From assembly GCA_039679675.1 (NCBI GenBank), contig JBDKUN010000033.1:192001-256000 (forward strand): 64,000 nt of DNA, given 5' to 3'. This DNA comes from Armatimonadota bacterium (lineage in GTDB: Bacteria; Armatimonadota; UBA5829; DTLH01). Shown here one piece after another: positions 18,863 to 28,707 of the stretch (its first letter is position 1; each line of letters begins with the position of its first letter). Both the position numbers and the translations under genes were made by a program. The notes beneath the pieces were generated by a model that saw only the letters and a list, made by a program, of their open reading frames with translations, searched no databases and was not told the DNA's origin.

Positions 18863-19714
18863 CTACAACCCTCTCAAACGGTACGATGTTGGGGTGATTC
18901 CGGTCATTGTCCTGAACACCCTACAAAAATAGGCCGTATCAGAAAAACCACAGTTCGATGATATCTCTTTCATTGGAATATCGTAGTTTTTGAGCAGAAA
19001 TTTGGCTCTTTCGATCCGCACCAGATTGACATAGTCCGAGAAGTGCATATTTCCCTCGTCGTGGAACAGGCGCGAGATGTGGCAGGGATGTAGCCCAAAA
19101 TGCTTTGCAACAGTATCCCTCGTCAGCGGCTGCTGGTAGTTCTCCTGTACGTACAGGCAGATTGCATCATATGTATGGCCGGCTTTTTTTGTCTGCGCGC
19201 TTTCAGGTTTCTTCAAAATAAGCGTGCAGGCGCGAAGCAGCGCTTCAGCAAGCAGAGGTCCTATAGAATTACGCGCATAATTATCATTCAGTCTGATGAT
19301 TGTATCGAGTATATTGCCGGGCAGGCTGTCTTTTGATATTGGTATACTGCATTTCATCGCGCCGACAGGATCACTTGTGGAACCGTCGTGAGTGACAAGG
19401 CTGAAACCGATCTGTTTCTTGCCGAAAAGGAGCGTCAGCACGCTGACAGGCTCCGTCCACTTCGGTTTGTCCCAGCAGTGCCTTCCGACGAATACTCCCC
19501 CGCCGATTGTGCAGTCGATCTGCCTGGTCTTCCAGCAATGGGCAATTTCCACAGGGTATCGGCCGGAAAGAGGTATTGCAAGTCTGGGAAAAGGGGTCAC
19601 ATACGCAAGCGGCGGCGGCGCAAGCGAGCTATCAGCGAAGTACAGCCGGTCTATCGCTTGTGTTTCAAGAAAGTCGTGAATTGATCTGTCTATCAAGTCA
19701 GGTGTATTCATCAC
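18863..19714 (-). CDS. AraC-family regulator (YpdC-like)
   Basis: PPPLAYVTPFPRL N-terminus; C-terminal AraC HTH (RIERAK.LL..CGF....YFCRVF..TG.TP..YR); divergent from the PTS operon. Confidence 0.85.
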   Translation of the reverse strand: MMNTPDLIDRSIHDFLETQAIDRLYFADSSLAPPPLAYVTPFPRLAIPLSGRYPVEIAHCWKTRQIDCTIGGGVFVGRHCWDKPKWTEPVSVLTLLFGKKQIGFSLVTHDGSTSDPVGAMKCSIPISKDSLPGNILDTIIRLNDNYARNSIGPLLAEALLRACTLILKKPESAQTKKAGHTYDAICLYVQENYQQPLTRDTVAKHFGLHPCHISRLFHDEGNMHFSDYVNLVRIERAKFLLKNYDIPMKEISSNCGFSDTAYFCRVFRTMTGITPTSYRLRGL

Positions 19715-19812
19715 ATGTCACAATAATACAATAAATGCAATCCATTACCATTGACATTAGTAGCCAAGCTACGTGATTATAATTATAGCATGTAATCTAA
19801 GGAGCTCAACAG

Positions 19813-20889
19813 ATGTCGTCCGATAGTGTAGTAGATAATCTCAAGAAGATAAAGCAATACCTGCTGACCGGCGTTTCACACGCCATTCCGTTTGTGGCTT
19901 GCGGCGGTATAATGATAGCGTTTTCAATCGCATTTGCCAGGATGACGCCCAGCGGGCCTGATTTTTCCCATTCCCCAAATCTGAAACTCATCAATGATAT
20001 AGGCAGCGCTGCATTTGCATTATTGTTGCCCATTCTAGCGGGCTATATTGCCTATGCTATGGCAAACAGGCCGGGACTTGTAGCAGGATTTGTAGGTGGT
20101 TATCTTGCAGGCGAAGTAAAGGCTGGATTTATCGGCGCGCTCGTGGCCGGATTGATTGCTGGCTATACAGTCAACCTCATCAAGAAGCTGCCTGTTCCCA
20201 AATATTTAAAACCGATCATGCCGATATTGATAATTCCGATACTGTCTTCGCTCGTAATCGGCGTGCTGATGCTCAAAGTTTTAGGCATTCCTATTGCTAA
20301 CCTGATGATTTTTCTCGGCGAATGGCTCAAACAGATGGGTACCGGAAACGCAATCGTCCTTGCAATAATCCTTGGGTCAATGATCGCATTCGATATGGGC
20401 GGACCAGTCAACAAGGCTGCATTTTTCTTCGGCGCTGCAATGATAAAAGAAGGCAATTGTGCCGTAATGGGAGCCTGCGCGGCTGCAATATGCACTCCTC
20501 CGCTTGGACTTGGGCTTGCGACACTTTTGAACAGGCGGCTCTGGAGCGATGAGGAACACGAAGCCGGAGTGGCAAGTCTTGCGATGGGGCTGATAGGCAT
20601 TACAGAAGGTGCTATTCCGTTTGCGGCATCAGATCCGTTCAGAGTAATACCCTGCATTATGTGCGGATCGGTGGTAGCCTCGGTGATTGCTATGCTTGGC
20701 GGAGTTGGTGACCATGCACCGCACGGCGGGCCGATTGTAATCCCTGTTGTGGACCATCGGCTGATGTATGTAATCGCGATTCTGGCAGGCACTTTCGTGA
20801 CTGCACTGCTTATCAATACACTTAAAGCTCTTGCAAACCGCAAGAATTCGAAGACTGACATAGAGATAGAACAGAAGGCATCTGTCTGA
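19813..20889 (+). CDS. PTS fructose-family EIIC component (FryC-like)
   Basis: LLTGVSH.IPFV..GG, FDMGGPVNKAA, GITEGAIPFAA.DP, APHGG. Confidence 0.9.
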   Translation: MSSDSVVDNLKKIKQYLLTGVSHAIPFVACGGIMIAFSIAFARMTPSGPDFSHSPNLKLINDIGSAAFALLLPILAGYIAYAMANRPGLVAGFVGGYLAGEVKAGFIGALVAGLIAGYTVNLIKKLPVPKYLKPIMPILIIPILSSLVIGVLMLKVLGIPIANLMIFLGEWLKQMGTGNAIVLAIILGSMIAFDMGGPVNKAAFFFGAAMIKEGNCAVMGACAAAICTPPLGLGLATLLNRRLWSDEEHEAGVASLAMGLIGITEGAIPFAASDPFRVIPCIMCGSVVASVIAMLGGVGDHAPHGGPIVIPVVDHRLMYVIAILAGTFVTALLINTLKALANRKNSKTDIEIEQKASV

Positions 20890-20909
20890 GTAGTTTGGAG
20901 GATTATGAA

Positions 20910-21209
20910 ATGAATATAGTAGCTGTTACCGCATGTCCGACGGGCATTGCACACACATATATGGCCGCTGCGCAGCTTGAAAAGGTCGGTAAGGAGCTTG
21001 GTCACAAGATCAAGGTCGAGACACAGGGCGCAATGGGAATAGAGAACGAGCTTACTGCAGATGACATCAAAAATGCTGATGTCGCGTTGTTTGCGGTAGA
21101 CATAGAAGTCGAGGAACGGCAGAGGTTCAACGGAATCAAGATCGTAGAAGTCCCGGTCCAGCTTGCACTGAAGGACCCTAAGTCGATATTCGATAAGCTT
21201 GCCGAGTAA
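20910..21209 (+). CDS. PTS fructose-family EIIB component (FryB-like)
   Basis: ACPTGIAHTYMAA, KVETQG..G.EN; RBS GGAGG. Confidence 0.9.
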   Translation: MNIVAVTACPTGIAHTYMAAAQLEKVGKELGHKIKVETQGAMGIENELTADDIKNADVALFAVDIEVEERQRFNGIKIVEVPVQLALKDPKSIFDKLAE

Positions 21210-21212
21210 TAC

Positions 21213-23735
21213 ATGTCACTGGAATACACTTTTATCTGTCCTCTGCCCAATGGCCTGCACGCGCGTCCTGCAAGCCTCTTTGCCGAGGTAGTCAAGGGCT
21301 ACAAGTCCAGGGCAAGCCTCATAAATGAACGTAATGGTCATGAAGTCAACGCTGCGAGCGTGCTGGACTTAATAAGCGCTGATATAAGGAATAACGACCG
21401 CTGCTGCATAAGGCTTTCGGGCGACGATGAAGAAAAAGCGCATGCGGCGGTGGTTGAATTCATCAAAAACACACTCCCTCAATGTGATGAACCGCTTCCT
21501 GAGACTAAACCGCAGGGTGAGATAAAAATACCAAGGCTGCTCAATGGTTTGAGTGTCAGCTTTGTGCCGGGTGATGTCGCATGCGCCGGGATCGGGATAG
21601 GTAAAGCCGTATCGGTAGAATGCCTTGCTCTTCAGGTGGATGACTCTAAACATGCCGAAAGCCCGGCTGTCGAGCATAGCAAAGTTGAATCTGCGATAAA
21701 TAGCGTACGGTCGGATATTGAACGGCTTCTTTCAACTACACAGAACTCTGTAGTAAGTGGAGTTCTGTGCGCTCATCTTGCAATCGTAGATGATATTGCC
21801 TTCTTAAGGGAGATAAATAGCCTGATTGATGGCGGGATGACAGCAGGCAAGGCAGTGGCAGAGACTGTGGAAACGTTTGCTGAAGAGTTCGAGACTATGG
21901 AAAACGAATATCTCCGCGAACGTGCTATCGACATTCGTGACATCGGTCTCCAGCTTCTGGAAAGCATGAACTGTTGTATATCAGGACAGCAGGCAGTTAT
22001 CCTCACTGAACCATCTGTTTTGGTCGCGAAAAGCCTTGCTCCCAGGCAGTTGCTTGAGCTGGATAGAAAGCAGTTGCGCGGCCTTATACTCGAACAGGCC
22101 GGTGCTACCTCGCATGCGGTGATTCTCGCACGTTCGTTCGGGATACCGACGATTACAGGAATTCCCAGCGCATGCACGCAGGCAGGGAGTTGCGATATTG
22201 TAGTAGATGCGGATCGCGGCATGGCCGTCTTTCCGGTGGATGAAAAGGTTCGCAGGTTTTATGAAAGAGAAATCGTAAGAACCACAGAACGCAGAAATCG
22301 ATTTTTAAAATGCACCGGTGTTCCGGTAACGACGAAAGACGGCGCACGAATAGAGATTGCTGCAAATATAGCGACCGGCTCTGAAGTGGAAGACGTAATT
22401 GCAAACGGCGCGGAGGGCATAGGGCTGTTCAGGACAGAGATGCTGTTTTCCGAAAGGCCGAATCCGCCTTCGGAACAGGAGCAGTTCGAGATATACTCCC
22501 AGGTCGCGCGGGCGATGGCTGGAAAATCGGTTGTAATAAGGACGCTCGATGCAGGCGGCGACAAACCGCTGCCTCATCTGAACCAGACCGCTGAAGAAAA
22601 CCCCTTCCTAGGCTGCAGGGGGATAAGATTATATCAGGATAATATCGAGATCATCACAAATCAAATCCGCGCGATAGTAAGGGCATCGGCTCACGGACGG
22701 TTGAAAATAATGGCCCCGATGGTCTCGTCAGTCGATGAAGCCAAATGGTTTAGAGAATTGATCCGCGATGTTCAGGCGAGCTTCGACAAGTCCGGCATCG
22801 AGCATGACCCTGATATGCATGTCGGGGTAATGGTCGAGGTTCCGTCGGCTGCGATGATGATAGACAAGCTGTGTGATGTCGTCGATTTCTTCAGCATAGG
22901 GACCAATGACCTCTGCCAGTACTTTCTTGCAGCCGAACGCGGAAACCCGAAGGTATCTTCGATCTACAACGAAAAGCATCCGGCTTTTCTACGATTATTG
23001 AAATCCGTTGTGGATAGTGCCCGCGGGCTTGGCAAATGGGTTGGGGTATGCGGCGAAATGGCCGGTAAGGTCGAGAACATGCCGCTTCTGGCCGGTCTGG
23101 GGCTGGATGAGATCAGCCTGTCAGTGCCAAACATTCCAGCAGTCCGCGATGCGGTTTCTTCTTTGAATGCGCTAGAATGCAGGCAACTGCTGGAATCGGC
23201 TGTATCATGCGCAAGTGCGTTGGAAGTGGAGTCATTACTCGGCAAGTTCAATGAAAAACTGAGCGATCAGCCGCTTTTTGATGCGAATCTCATCGTTTCG
23301 GAATCTGACAGCCGCTCGAAAGAAGAAGCCATAAAAGAACTTGCCGATTTATTGTATATCACAGGTCGTACGGACGCATGTGACGGTCTTGAAGATGCAA
23401 TTTGGGCGCGGGAAGCCATGTATTCCACTGGCCTGGGCTATGGTTTTGCAATCCCTCATTGCAAAACGGATATTCTGAAGGCAAACTCGCTCGCCGTTTT
23501 GAAACTCAAAGAACCCGTCGAGTGGGGATCGATAGACAATCAACCTGTGAGTTTTGTAATATTACTTGCGATGCGAGAGTCTGATAAAGACAATTCACAT
23601 ATGCGTATTTTCTCGGTTCTTGCCAGAAAGCTGATGGATGAAGACTTCAGGCAGCAGCTTATTTCAGCAAAAGACCGGCATGAGATGCTTGCCTGCCTTA
23701 TATCGGAGCTGAACCCTCCAAATACCACCATTTGA
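21213..23735 (+). CDS. ptsP: Multiphosphoryl transfer protein HPr-EI-EIIA(Fru) (FryA-like)
   Basis: HPr GLHARPA; EI TSHAVI, GIGLFRTE, SIGTNDL, CGE; EIIA RE...STG.G.G.AIPH. Confidence 0.88.
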   Translation: MSLEYTFICPLPNGLHARPASLFAEVVKGYKSRASLINERNGHEVNAASVLDLISADIRNNDRCCIRLSGDDEEKAHAAVVEFIKNTLPQCDEPLPETKPQGEIKIPRLLNGLSVSFVPGDVACAGIGIGKAVSVECLALQVDDSKHAESPAVEHSKVESAINSVRSDIERLLSTTQNSVVSGVLCAHLAIVDDIAFLREINSLIDGGMTAGKAVAETVETFAEEFETMENEYLRERAIDIRDIGLQLLESMNCCISGQQAVILTEPSVLVAKSLAPRQLLELDRKQLRGLILEQAGATSHAVILARSFGIPTITGIPSACTQAGSCDIVVDADRGMAVFPVDEKVRRFYEREIVRTTERRNRFLKCTGVPVTTKDGARIEIAANIATGSEVEDVIANGAEGIGLFRTEMLFSERPNPPSEQEQFEIYSQVARAMAGKSVVIRTLDAGGDKPLPHLNQTAEENPFLGCRGIRLYQDNIEIITNQIRAIVRASAHGRLKIMAPMVSSVDEAKWFRELIRDVQASFDKSGIEHDPDMHVGVMVEVPSAAMMIDKLCDVVDFFSIGTNDLCQYFLAAERGNPKVSSIYNEKHPAFLRLLKSVVDSARGLGKWVGVCGEMAGKVENMPLLAGLGLDEISLSVPNIPAVRDAVSSLNALECRQLLESAVSCASALEVESLLGKFNEKLSDQPLFDANLIVSESDSRSKEEAIKELADLLYITGRTDACDGLEDAIWAREAMYSTGLGYGFAIPHCKTDILKANSLAVLKLKEPVEWGSIDNQPVSFVILLAMRESDKDNSHMRIFSVLARKLMDEDFRQQLISAKDRHEMLACLISELNPPNTTI

Positions 23736-23757
23736 AAGGAAAAAAGAGATTAGTAGA

Positions 23758-26700
23758 ATGAAGCATCTGTATATTTTGGCGGCGCTTGCCGCTATATCGT
23801 GGCTGGCTACGGCTGTGATTGCATCAGAGGTGAAATTACCGAAGATCGATCTTTCCACCGGCCGCACACTTTATGTAGTAGGGTATTCGCACCTGGACAC
23901 CCAGTGGCGTTGGAACTATGTGGATACTATTAATGTGTATATTCCGCATACTCTGCACGACAACTTCAGTCTGATTGAGAGATATCCTGACTACATATTC
24001 AACTTCAGCGGCGCAAACCGCTACAGGATGATAAAAGAATACTATCCATCGGACTATGAGAAAGTGAAACACTATATCTCGGTAGGCCGGTGGTTCCCGT
24101 GCGGCTCTTCTATGGAAGAGTGTGATGTGCTGGCGCCCTCAGCCGAGTCTATTATTCGGCAGGTGCTATACGGAAACCACTATTTCAGAAAAGAGTTCGG
24201 CGTAGCAAGCAATGAGTTTATGATCCCTGACTGTTTCGGGTTTCCGGCATCGCTGCCGCAGCTGCTTTCGCACTGCGGAGTTATCGGATTCTCTTCTCAA
24301 AAACTGACCTGGGGATCGGCAGTAGGAATTCCTTTCAACGTTGGACTCTGGGAAGGATTGGATGGTTCGTCTGTAATCGCTGCGTTTAACCCTGGATGCT
24401 ACGTAAGCAAAGTCGAAAAAGACTTGTCCAAGAATGAAAAATGGCTGGAACGCATCGAAGAAGATGGTAAGTCCAGCGGTGTTTTTGCTGATTATAGTTA
24501 CTATGGAGTGGGGGACACAGGCGGAGCGCCGCAGGAAGACTCGGTCAAATGGGTCGAGACATCCGTAAAGAGCGATGGCCCGGTAAAGGTCATCTCATCC
24601 AAGGCTGATCAGATGTTCATGGACATAGATGGGAAGGAGAATAATCTTCCCAAATACAAAGGTGATCTGCTGCTTACCGAGCATTCAGCGGCTTCGATTA
24701 CCTCTCAGTCATATATGAAAAAACTGAACCGCATAAATGAGATTCTCGGCGATAGCGCGGAGAGAGCATCTGTTGCCGCAAGCTGGCTGGGAGGGCTTCC
24801 ATATCAGCAGAAGAAGCTCAATGACGCATGGACGCTTGTAATGGGCGGCCAATTCCACGACATTCTTCCTGGGACATCTGTGCCGAAGGCCTACGAATAC
24901 TCCTGGAATGATGGAATTCTGGCTATAAACCAGTTCACAAATGTGCTTTGCCAGGCAAACGATTCGATTTCTTCAGGACTCGACACCAGTGCTGAAGGTA
25001 AAGCTGTAGTTGTATATAACCCGCTCTCTGTAGACCGTGAAGATGTCGTTAAGGCAATGGTCAAATCCTTTGGCCCGGCAAACACTGTAAAAGTAGTCGG
25101 CCCGGACGGTAAAGTGACACCTTCGCAGGTAATTGGGCACGAAGGTAACGATCTGACAGTGATATTCATCGCTAAAGTGCCTTCTGTTGGGTTTGCTGTC
25201 TACGATGTCCGCCCGTCGGACGCCCAGAACGTAGACAAGAACGGTCTTTCCGTTACGGAAAAGTCTCTGGAGAACGCCAGATACAAGGTAACATTGGACG
25301 AAAACGGCGACATTTCCAGCATATATGACAAACTGGCAGCCCGCGAGATGATTTCCTCACCGATACGGCTTGCATTTATAGCTGATGATCCTCGTGAGTG
25401 GCCTGCCTGGAATATCGATTGGAAAGACCAGAGCGCCGCGCCGCGCGATTATGTGGCCGGTCCTGCCAAGTTCAGAATCGTAGAAAACGGGCCTGTGAGA
25501 GTTGCAGTCGAGGTAGAGCGTGAGAGAGAAGGATCGAAGTTCGTTCAGACGATCAGTCTCTCATGCGGCAGTGCAGGTAATCGTGTAGAAGTTTCCAACT
25601 CCATAGACTGGCGGAGCAAGGAATGTATCCTGAAATCGGTATTCCCTCTTACGGTTTCAAACCCGATGGCAACTTATAACTGGGAGGTCGGTACGATTGA
25701 GCGCGGCAACAATGATCCTAAGAAATATGAAGTGCCTTCGCATCAATGGTTTGACCTTACAGATGCCAAGGGCGACTACGGCGTCACCGTGCTCTCCCCA
25801 TATAAATACGGCTCTGATAAGCCGGACGATTCTACGCTCAGACTTACACTGCTACTCACTCCGGGAGTGAAGAAAGAGTTCTGCGACCAGTCTACTCAGG
25901 ACTGGGGACACCACAGCATCAAATACGCGCTCGTCGGCCACAAGAATGACTGGCGCAGCTCTCAGGCAGACTGGCAGGCTCTCGGCTTCGAGCAGCCGCT
26001 CATTTCGTTTGAAACTGAATCACATCCGGGCAAGCTGGGCAAGTCTATATCGTTTGTCCGCGTGAGCAGCCCGAATGTCAAGGTCATGGCGGTTAAAAAG
26101 GCAGAAGACAGCGATGAGATCGTAGTGAGAGTCGTCGAGACAACAGGTACGCCTGTAAAAGACGTGTGTGTCGCATTTGCCGGGAAGGTAGTATCAGCCC
26201 GCGAGGTAAACGGCCAGGAACTGCCAGTTGGAGCCGCAGCAGTAGCGGACGGTAAGCTGGCGGCGGACTTAAAGGCATACGGTATTAGGACTTTTGCGGT
26301 CAAACTTGGCCAGCCGGGATATAATATACATAAACCGGCATGTCAGAGCGTAGACCTGCCGTATGACAAGTGCGTGACCTCTCGCGACGGCGAAAAGTCA
26401 AACGGCGGGTTCGACGCAGGCGGTATCTGTCTTGCCGCCGAGATGCTGTCGGATACGGTAATCGACGGCACTGTGACTTACAAGCTGCAGCACATAAGTG
26501 ACGGCAAACCGAACTCCGTCACGTGCAAAGGGCAGACAATCGCTCTGCCGAAGGGCGACTTCAAGAAGATAGCGATACTCGCCGCCGGGTCAGACGGCGA
26601 CCAACCGGCCGTTTTTGATGTAGACGGCAGAAAAACGAATCTAGACATTCAGGATTGGGGCGGATATATAGGCCAGTGGGATAACAGAGTGTGGAAAGGT

Positions 26701-26937
26701 AATCTTGACGACCGGAATCCTGATCAGGTTATAGAAAAAATAGTTCCGAGATATGTAAAGAATGCGCAGGTAGCGTGGTTCAGCTCGCACAGGCACAACA
26801 AAGATGGTAAAAACATAACATACAGCTACTCGTATCTCTATACTTTCTATATTGATGCACCCAATGGCGCAAAAAGTCTGACACTCCCGAACAATACCGA
26901 TATTCATATAATGGCTATCTCGGCTTGTAAGGACTGA
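23758..26937 (+). CDS. Secreted GH38 alpha-mannosidase
   Basis: Signal peptide; SHLDTQWRW, PDCFGF, YGVGD.GG, QFHDILPG motifs; C-terminal extension. Confidence 0.88.
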   Translation: MKHLYILAALAAISWLATAVIASEVKLPKIDLSTGRTLYVVGYSHLDTQWRWNYVDTINVYIPHTLHDNFSLIERYPDYIFNFSGANRYRMIKEYYPSDYEKVKHYISVGRWFPCGSSMEECDVLAPSAESIIRQVLYGNHYFRKEFGVASNEFMIPDCFGFPASLPQLLSHCGVIGFSSQKLTWGSAVGIPFNVGLWEGLDGSSVIAAFNPGCYVSKVEKDLSKNEKWLERIEEDGKSSGVFADYSYYGVGDTGGAPQEDSVKWVETSVKSDGPVKVISSKADQMFMDIDGKENNLPKYKGDLLLTEHSAASITSQSYMKKLNRINEILGDSAERASVAASWLGGLPYQQKKLNDAWTLVMGGQFHDILPGTSVPKAYEYSWNDGILAINQFTNVLCQANDSISSGLDTSAEGKAVVVYNPLSVDREDVVKAMVKSFGPANTVKVVGPDGKVTPSQVIGHEGNDLTVIFIAKVPSVGFAVYDVRPSDAQNVDKNGLSVTEKSLENARYKVTLDENGDISSIYDKLAAREMISSPIRLAFIADDPREWPAWNIDWKDQSAAPRDYVAGPAKFRIVENGPVRVAVEVEREREGSKFVQTISLSCGSAGNRVEVSNSIDWRSKECILKSVFPLTVSNPMATYNWEVGTIERGNNDPKKYEVPSHQWFDLTDAKGDYGVTVLSPYKYGSDKPDDSTLRLTLLLTPGVKKEFCDQSTQDWGHHSIKYALVGHKNDWRSSQADWQALGFEQPLISFETESHPGKLGKSISFVRVSSPNVKVMAVKKAEDSDEIVVRVVETTGTPVKDVCVAFAGKVVSAREVNGQELPVGAAAVADGKLAADLKAYGIRTFAVKLGQPGYNIHKPACQSVDLPYDKCVTSRDGEKSNGGFDAGGICLAAEMLSDTVIDGTVTYKLQHISDGKPNSVTCKGQTIALPKGDFKKIAILAAGSDGDQPAVFDVDGRKTNLDIQDWGGYIGQWDNRVWKGNLDDRNPDQVIEKIVPRYVKNAQVAWFSSHRHNKDGKNITYSYSYLYTFYIDAPNGAKSLTLPNNTDIHIMAISACKD

Positions 26938-26947
26938 TAGAGATAAT

Positions 26948-27005
26948 AAAAGGCAGAGCAGCTAAAAAGTTGCTCTGCCTTGTTCCAAATAAAATTGGCC
27001 CCCTG
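26948..27005. terminator. Terminator-like hairpin, also a partial copy of the att-like repeat
   Basis: AAAA-GGCAGAGCAGCT-AAAA-AGTTGCTCTGCC then CAAATAAAATTGGCCCCC. Confidence 0.6.
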
Positions 27006-27079
27006 TTCTTCCGGGATTCAATTATTGATTGCAACGAATAGCCCATATAAAATGTAACCTCAGCTATTGATTATGCGTC

Positions 27080-27103
27080 TATACTTAATATATATTAAAT
27101 ATA
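27080..27103. promoter_or_regulatory. AT-rich palindrome, putative MarR operator
   Basis: TATAC-TTAATATATATTAA-ATATA overlapping a possible -10, upstream of an operon that encodes MarR. Confidence 0.45.
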
Positions 27104-27129
27104 TAGAGAAGTGATATGGAGATTTGTAG

Positions 27130-28707
27130 ATGAAGAGATGGTTGAGCATTGTACTGCCTGTGTTTCTGTTAGGATCGCTTGTTTCATGGCGGCTCGTACA
27201 GAAAAGAGCTCAAAATGCAGCTCAGTCACAGCAGATGGGCGCGAGGATGAAAGGCCCTGTGTCGGTTGCTCTCGGAAAAGTCGAGATTAAAGACCTTTCG
27301 AGCACCTTTGATGCCATGGGCTCGGTTGAAGCACCCATGAGCGTGAAAATTGCACCCAAAACCACCGGGCAAATAGAGTATCTTGATGTCCATGAAGGTG
27401 ACCGTGTGCGAAAAGGCCAGATTTTGGTGAAAATAAGCGCATCGGATGTGGAAGCACAGGTCCAGCAGGCAATGGCTGCTGTTGCTGAAGCCCGTTATAG
27501 GCTTGCTCAGGCACAGATGACCCAAAACCCTACTGATGTTTCGGTAAACACTCAGATAACACAGCAAAAATCAGCGCTCGCAAGCGCCGTTGCAGATTAT
27601 GAGCAGGCGCGGAAGTCCGCTGATGCACAGATTTCGGCTGCACAGGCCAACCTAAAAGATTCGGAATCAAAAATAGCCAATGCCAAGGCTGCAGTAAACA
27701 GTGCTCAAGCCAATGTAGACAATGCGCAGACGAAATTCGATAGAATTCAGAGCCTGTATGAAAAAGGCTATATTGCCGCGCAGGATGTAGACGATGCAAA
27801 AGCTGCTCTGACTGTGCAAAAATCAAATCTGGAAATCGCCAATGGGCAACTGAGGTCAACATTTCTTCAAAAAGATGCTGTCGCAGAGCAGCTCAACGTG
27901 ACGAAAGCAAAAGCAGCGTCCGACACAGCAGCAGCTAAAGCCAAACTCACACAGACGAAGGCTTCTTTGACATATGCTACAGCCAATACTTCGCAGAAGA
28001 GCGCATACCGGCAGAGCATCGCTGCTCTGAGAGCCTCCGTGGATGCTGCTGTGGCTGGATTAAGAAGCGCCCAATCGAAGCGGCAGGATACAGTGCTCAG
28101 GTCACCTCTGGACGGTTTTGTTACCGGGCGCTACGCCGACCCGGGTGCAATCGCGTCACCTACTCAGCCGGTTCTCGCGGTGCAGTTTACCAAGCAGATA
28201 TGGGTGTCCGTCTCTGTGCCGGAAGATGTCTGCGCGCGGATTCATATAGGCCAGCCGTCAAAACTCAGTTTTGATGCTTTTCCTGATAAGACATTCGAGG
28301 CAAGTGTGATTCAGATCAACCCGTCAGCCGATTCCATGAGCCGTCAATTCACTGTTCGCGTCATAATGGCCAATCCGAACAACAAGTTCAAGCCTGGAAT
28401 GTTCGCTCATGTCTCCATTGAGACTGACCACGTGCATAACGCAATCGTAGTGCCGCGAGAAGCCGTTCTGACAGACCGCGACGGCAAGTACTTGATGACT
28501 GTAGAGGCGGACAAGACGGCCAAGCGTATTCCTGTGACGCCGCAGGGTGGGGACGAAAGCTTCATCAATATAGGGAGTGCCCTGAAACCTGGCGACAGCG
28601 TAATAACTATGTCTTCGATGCCGGTTAAAGACGGCCAGATGGTCAAGACCGGATCGCCGCGCGGCAAGGGAGGTCATGGCGGATTTGAGAAGGCAGGCCG
28701 CAAATGA
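27130..28707 (+). CDS. RND efflux periplasmic adaptor subunit
   Basis: N-terminal anchor, G.I..L.V.EGD.V.KGQ lipoyl half, long coiled coil, SPLDG.V, FKPGMFA. Confidence 0.9.
   Translation: MKRWLSIVLPVFLLGSLVSWRLVQKRAQNAAQSQQMGARMKGPVSVALGKVEIKDLSSTFDAMGSVEAPMSVKIAPKTTGQIEYLDVHEGDRVRKGQILVKISASDVEAQVQQAMAAVAEARYRLAQAQMTQNPTDVSVNTQITQQKSALASAVADYEQARKSADAQISAAQANLKDSESKIANAKAAVNSAQANVDNAQTKFDRIQSLYEKGYIAAQDVDDAKAALTVQKSNLEIANGQLRSTFLQKDAVAEQLNVTKAKAASDTAAAKAKLTQTKASLTYATANTSQKSAYRQSIAALRASVDAAVAGLRSAQSKRQDTVLRSPLDGFVTGRYADPGAIASPTQPVLAVQFTKQIWVSVSVPEDVCARIHIGQPSKLSFDAFPDKTFEASVIQINPSADSMSRQFTVRVIMANPNNKFKPGMFAHVSIETDHVHNAIVVPREAVLTDRDGKYLMTVEADKTAKRIPVTPQGGDESFINIGSALKPGDSVITMSSMPVKDGQMVKTGSPRGKGGHGGFEKAGRK

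Noticed and set aside
20163..21005. 280-aa antisense ORF and the many similar shadow ORFs in the track
   Set aside because: They lie opposite or within well-supported genes and show no family motifs.
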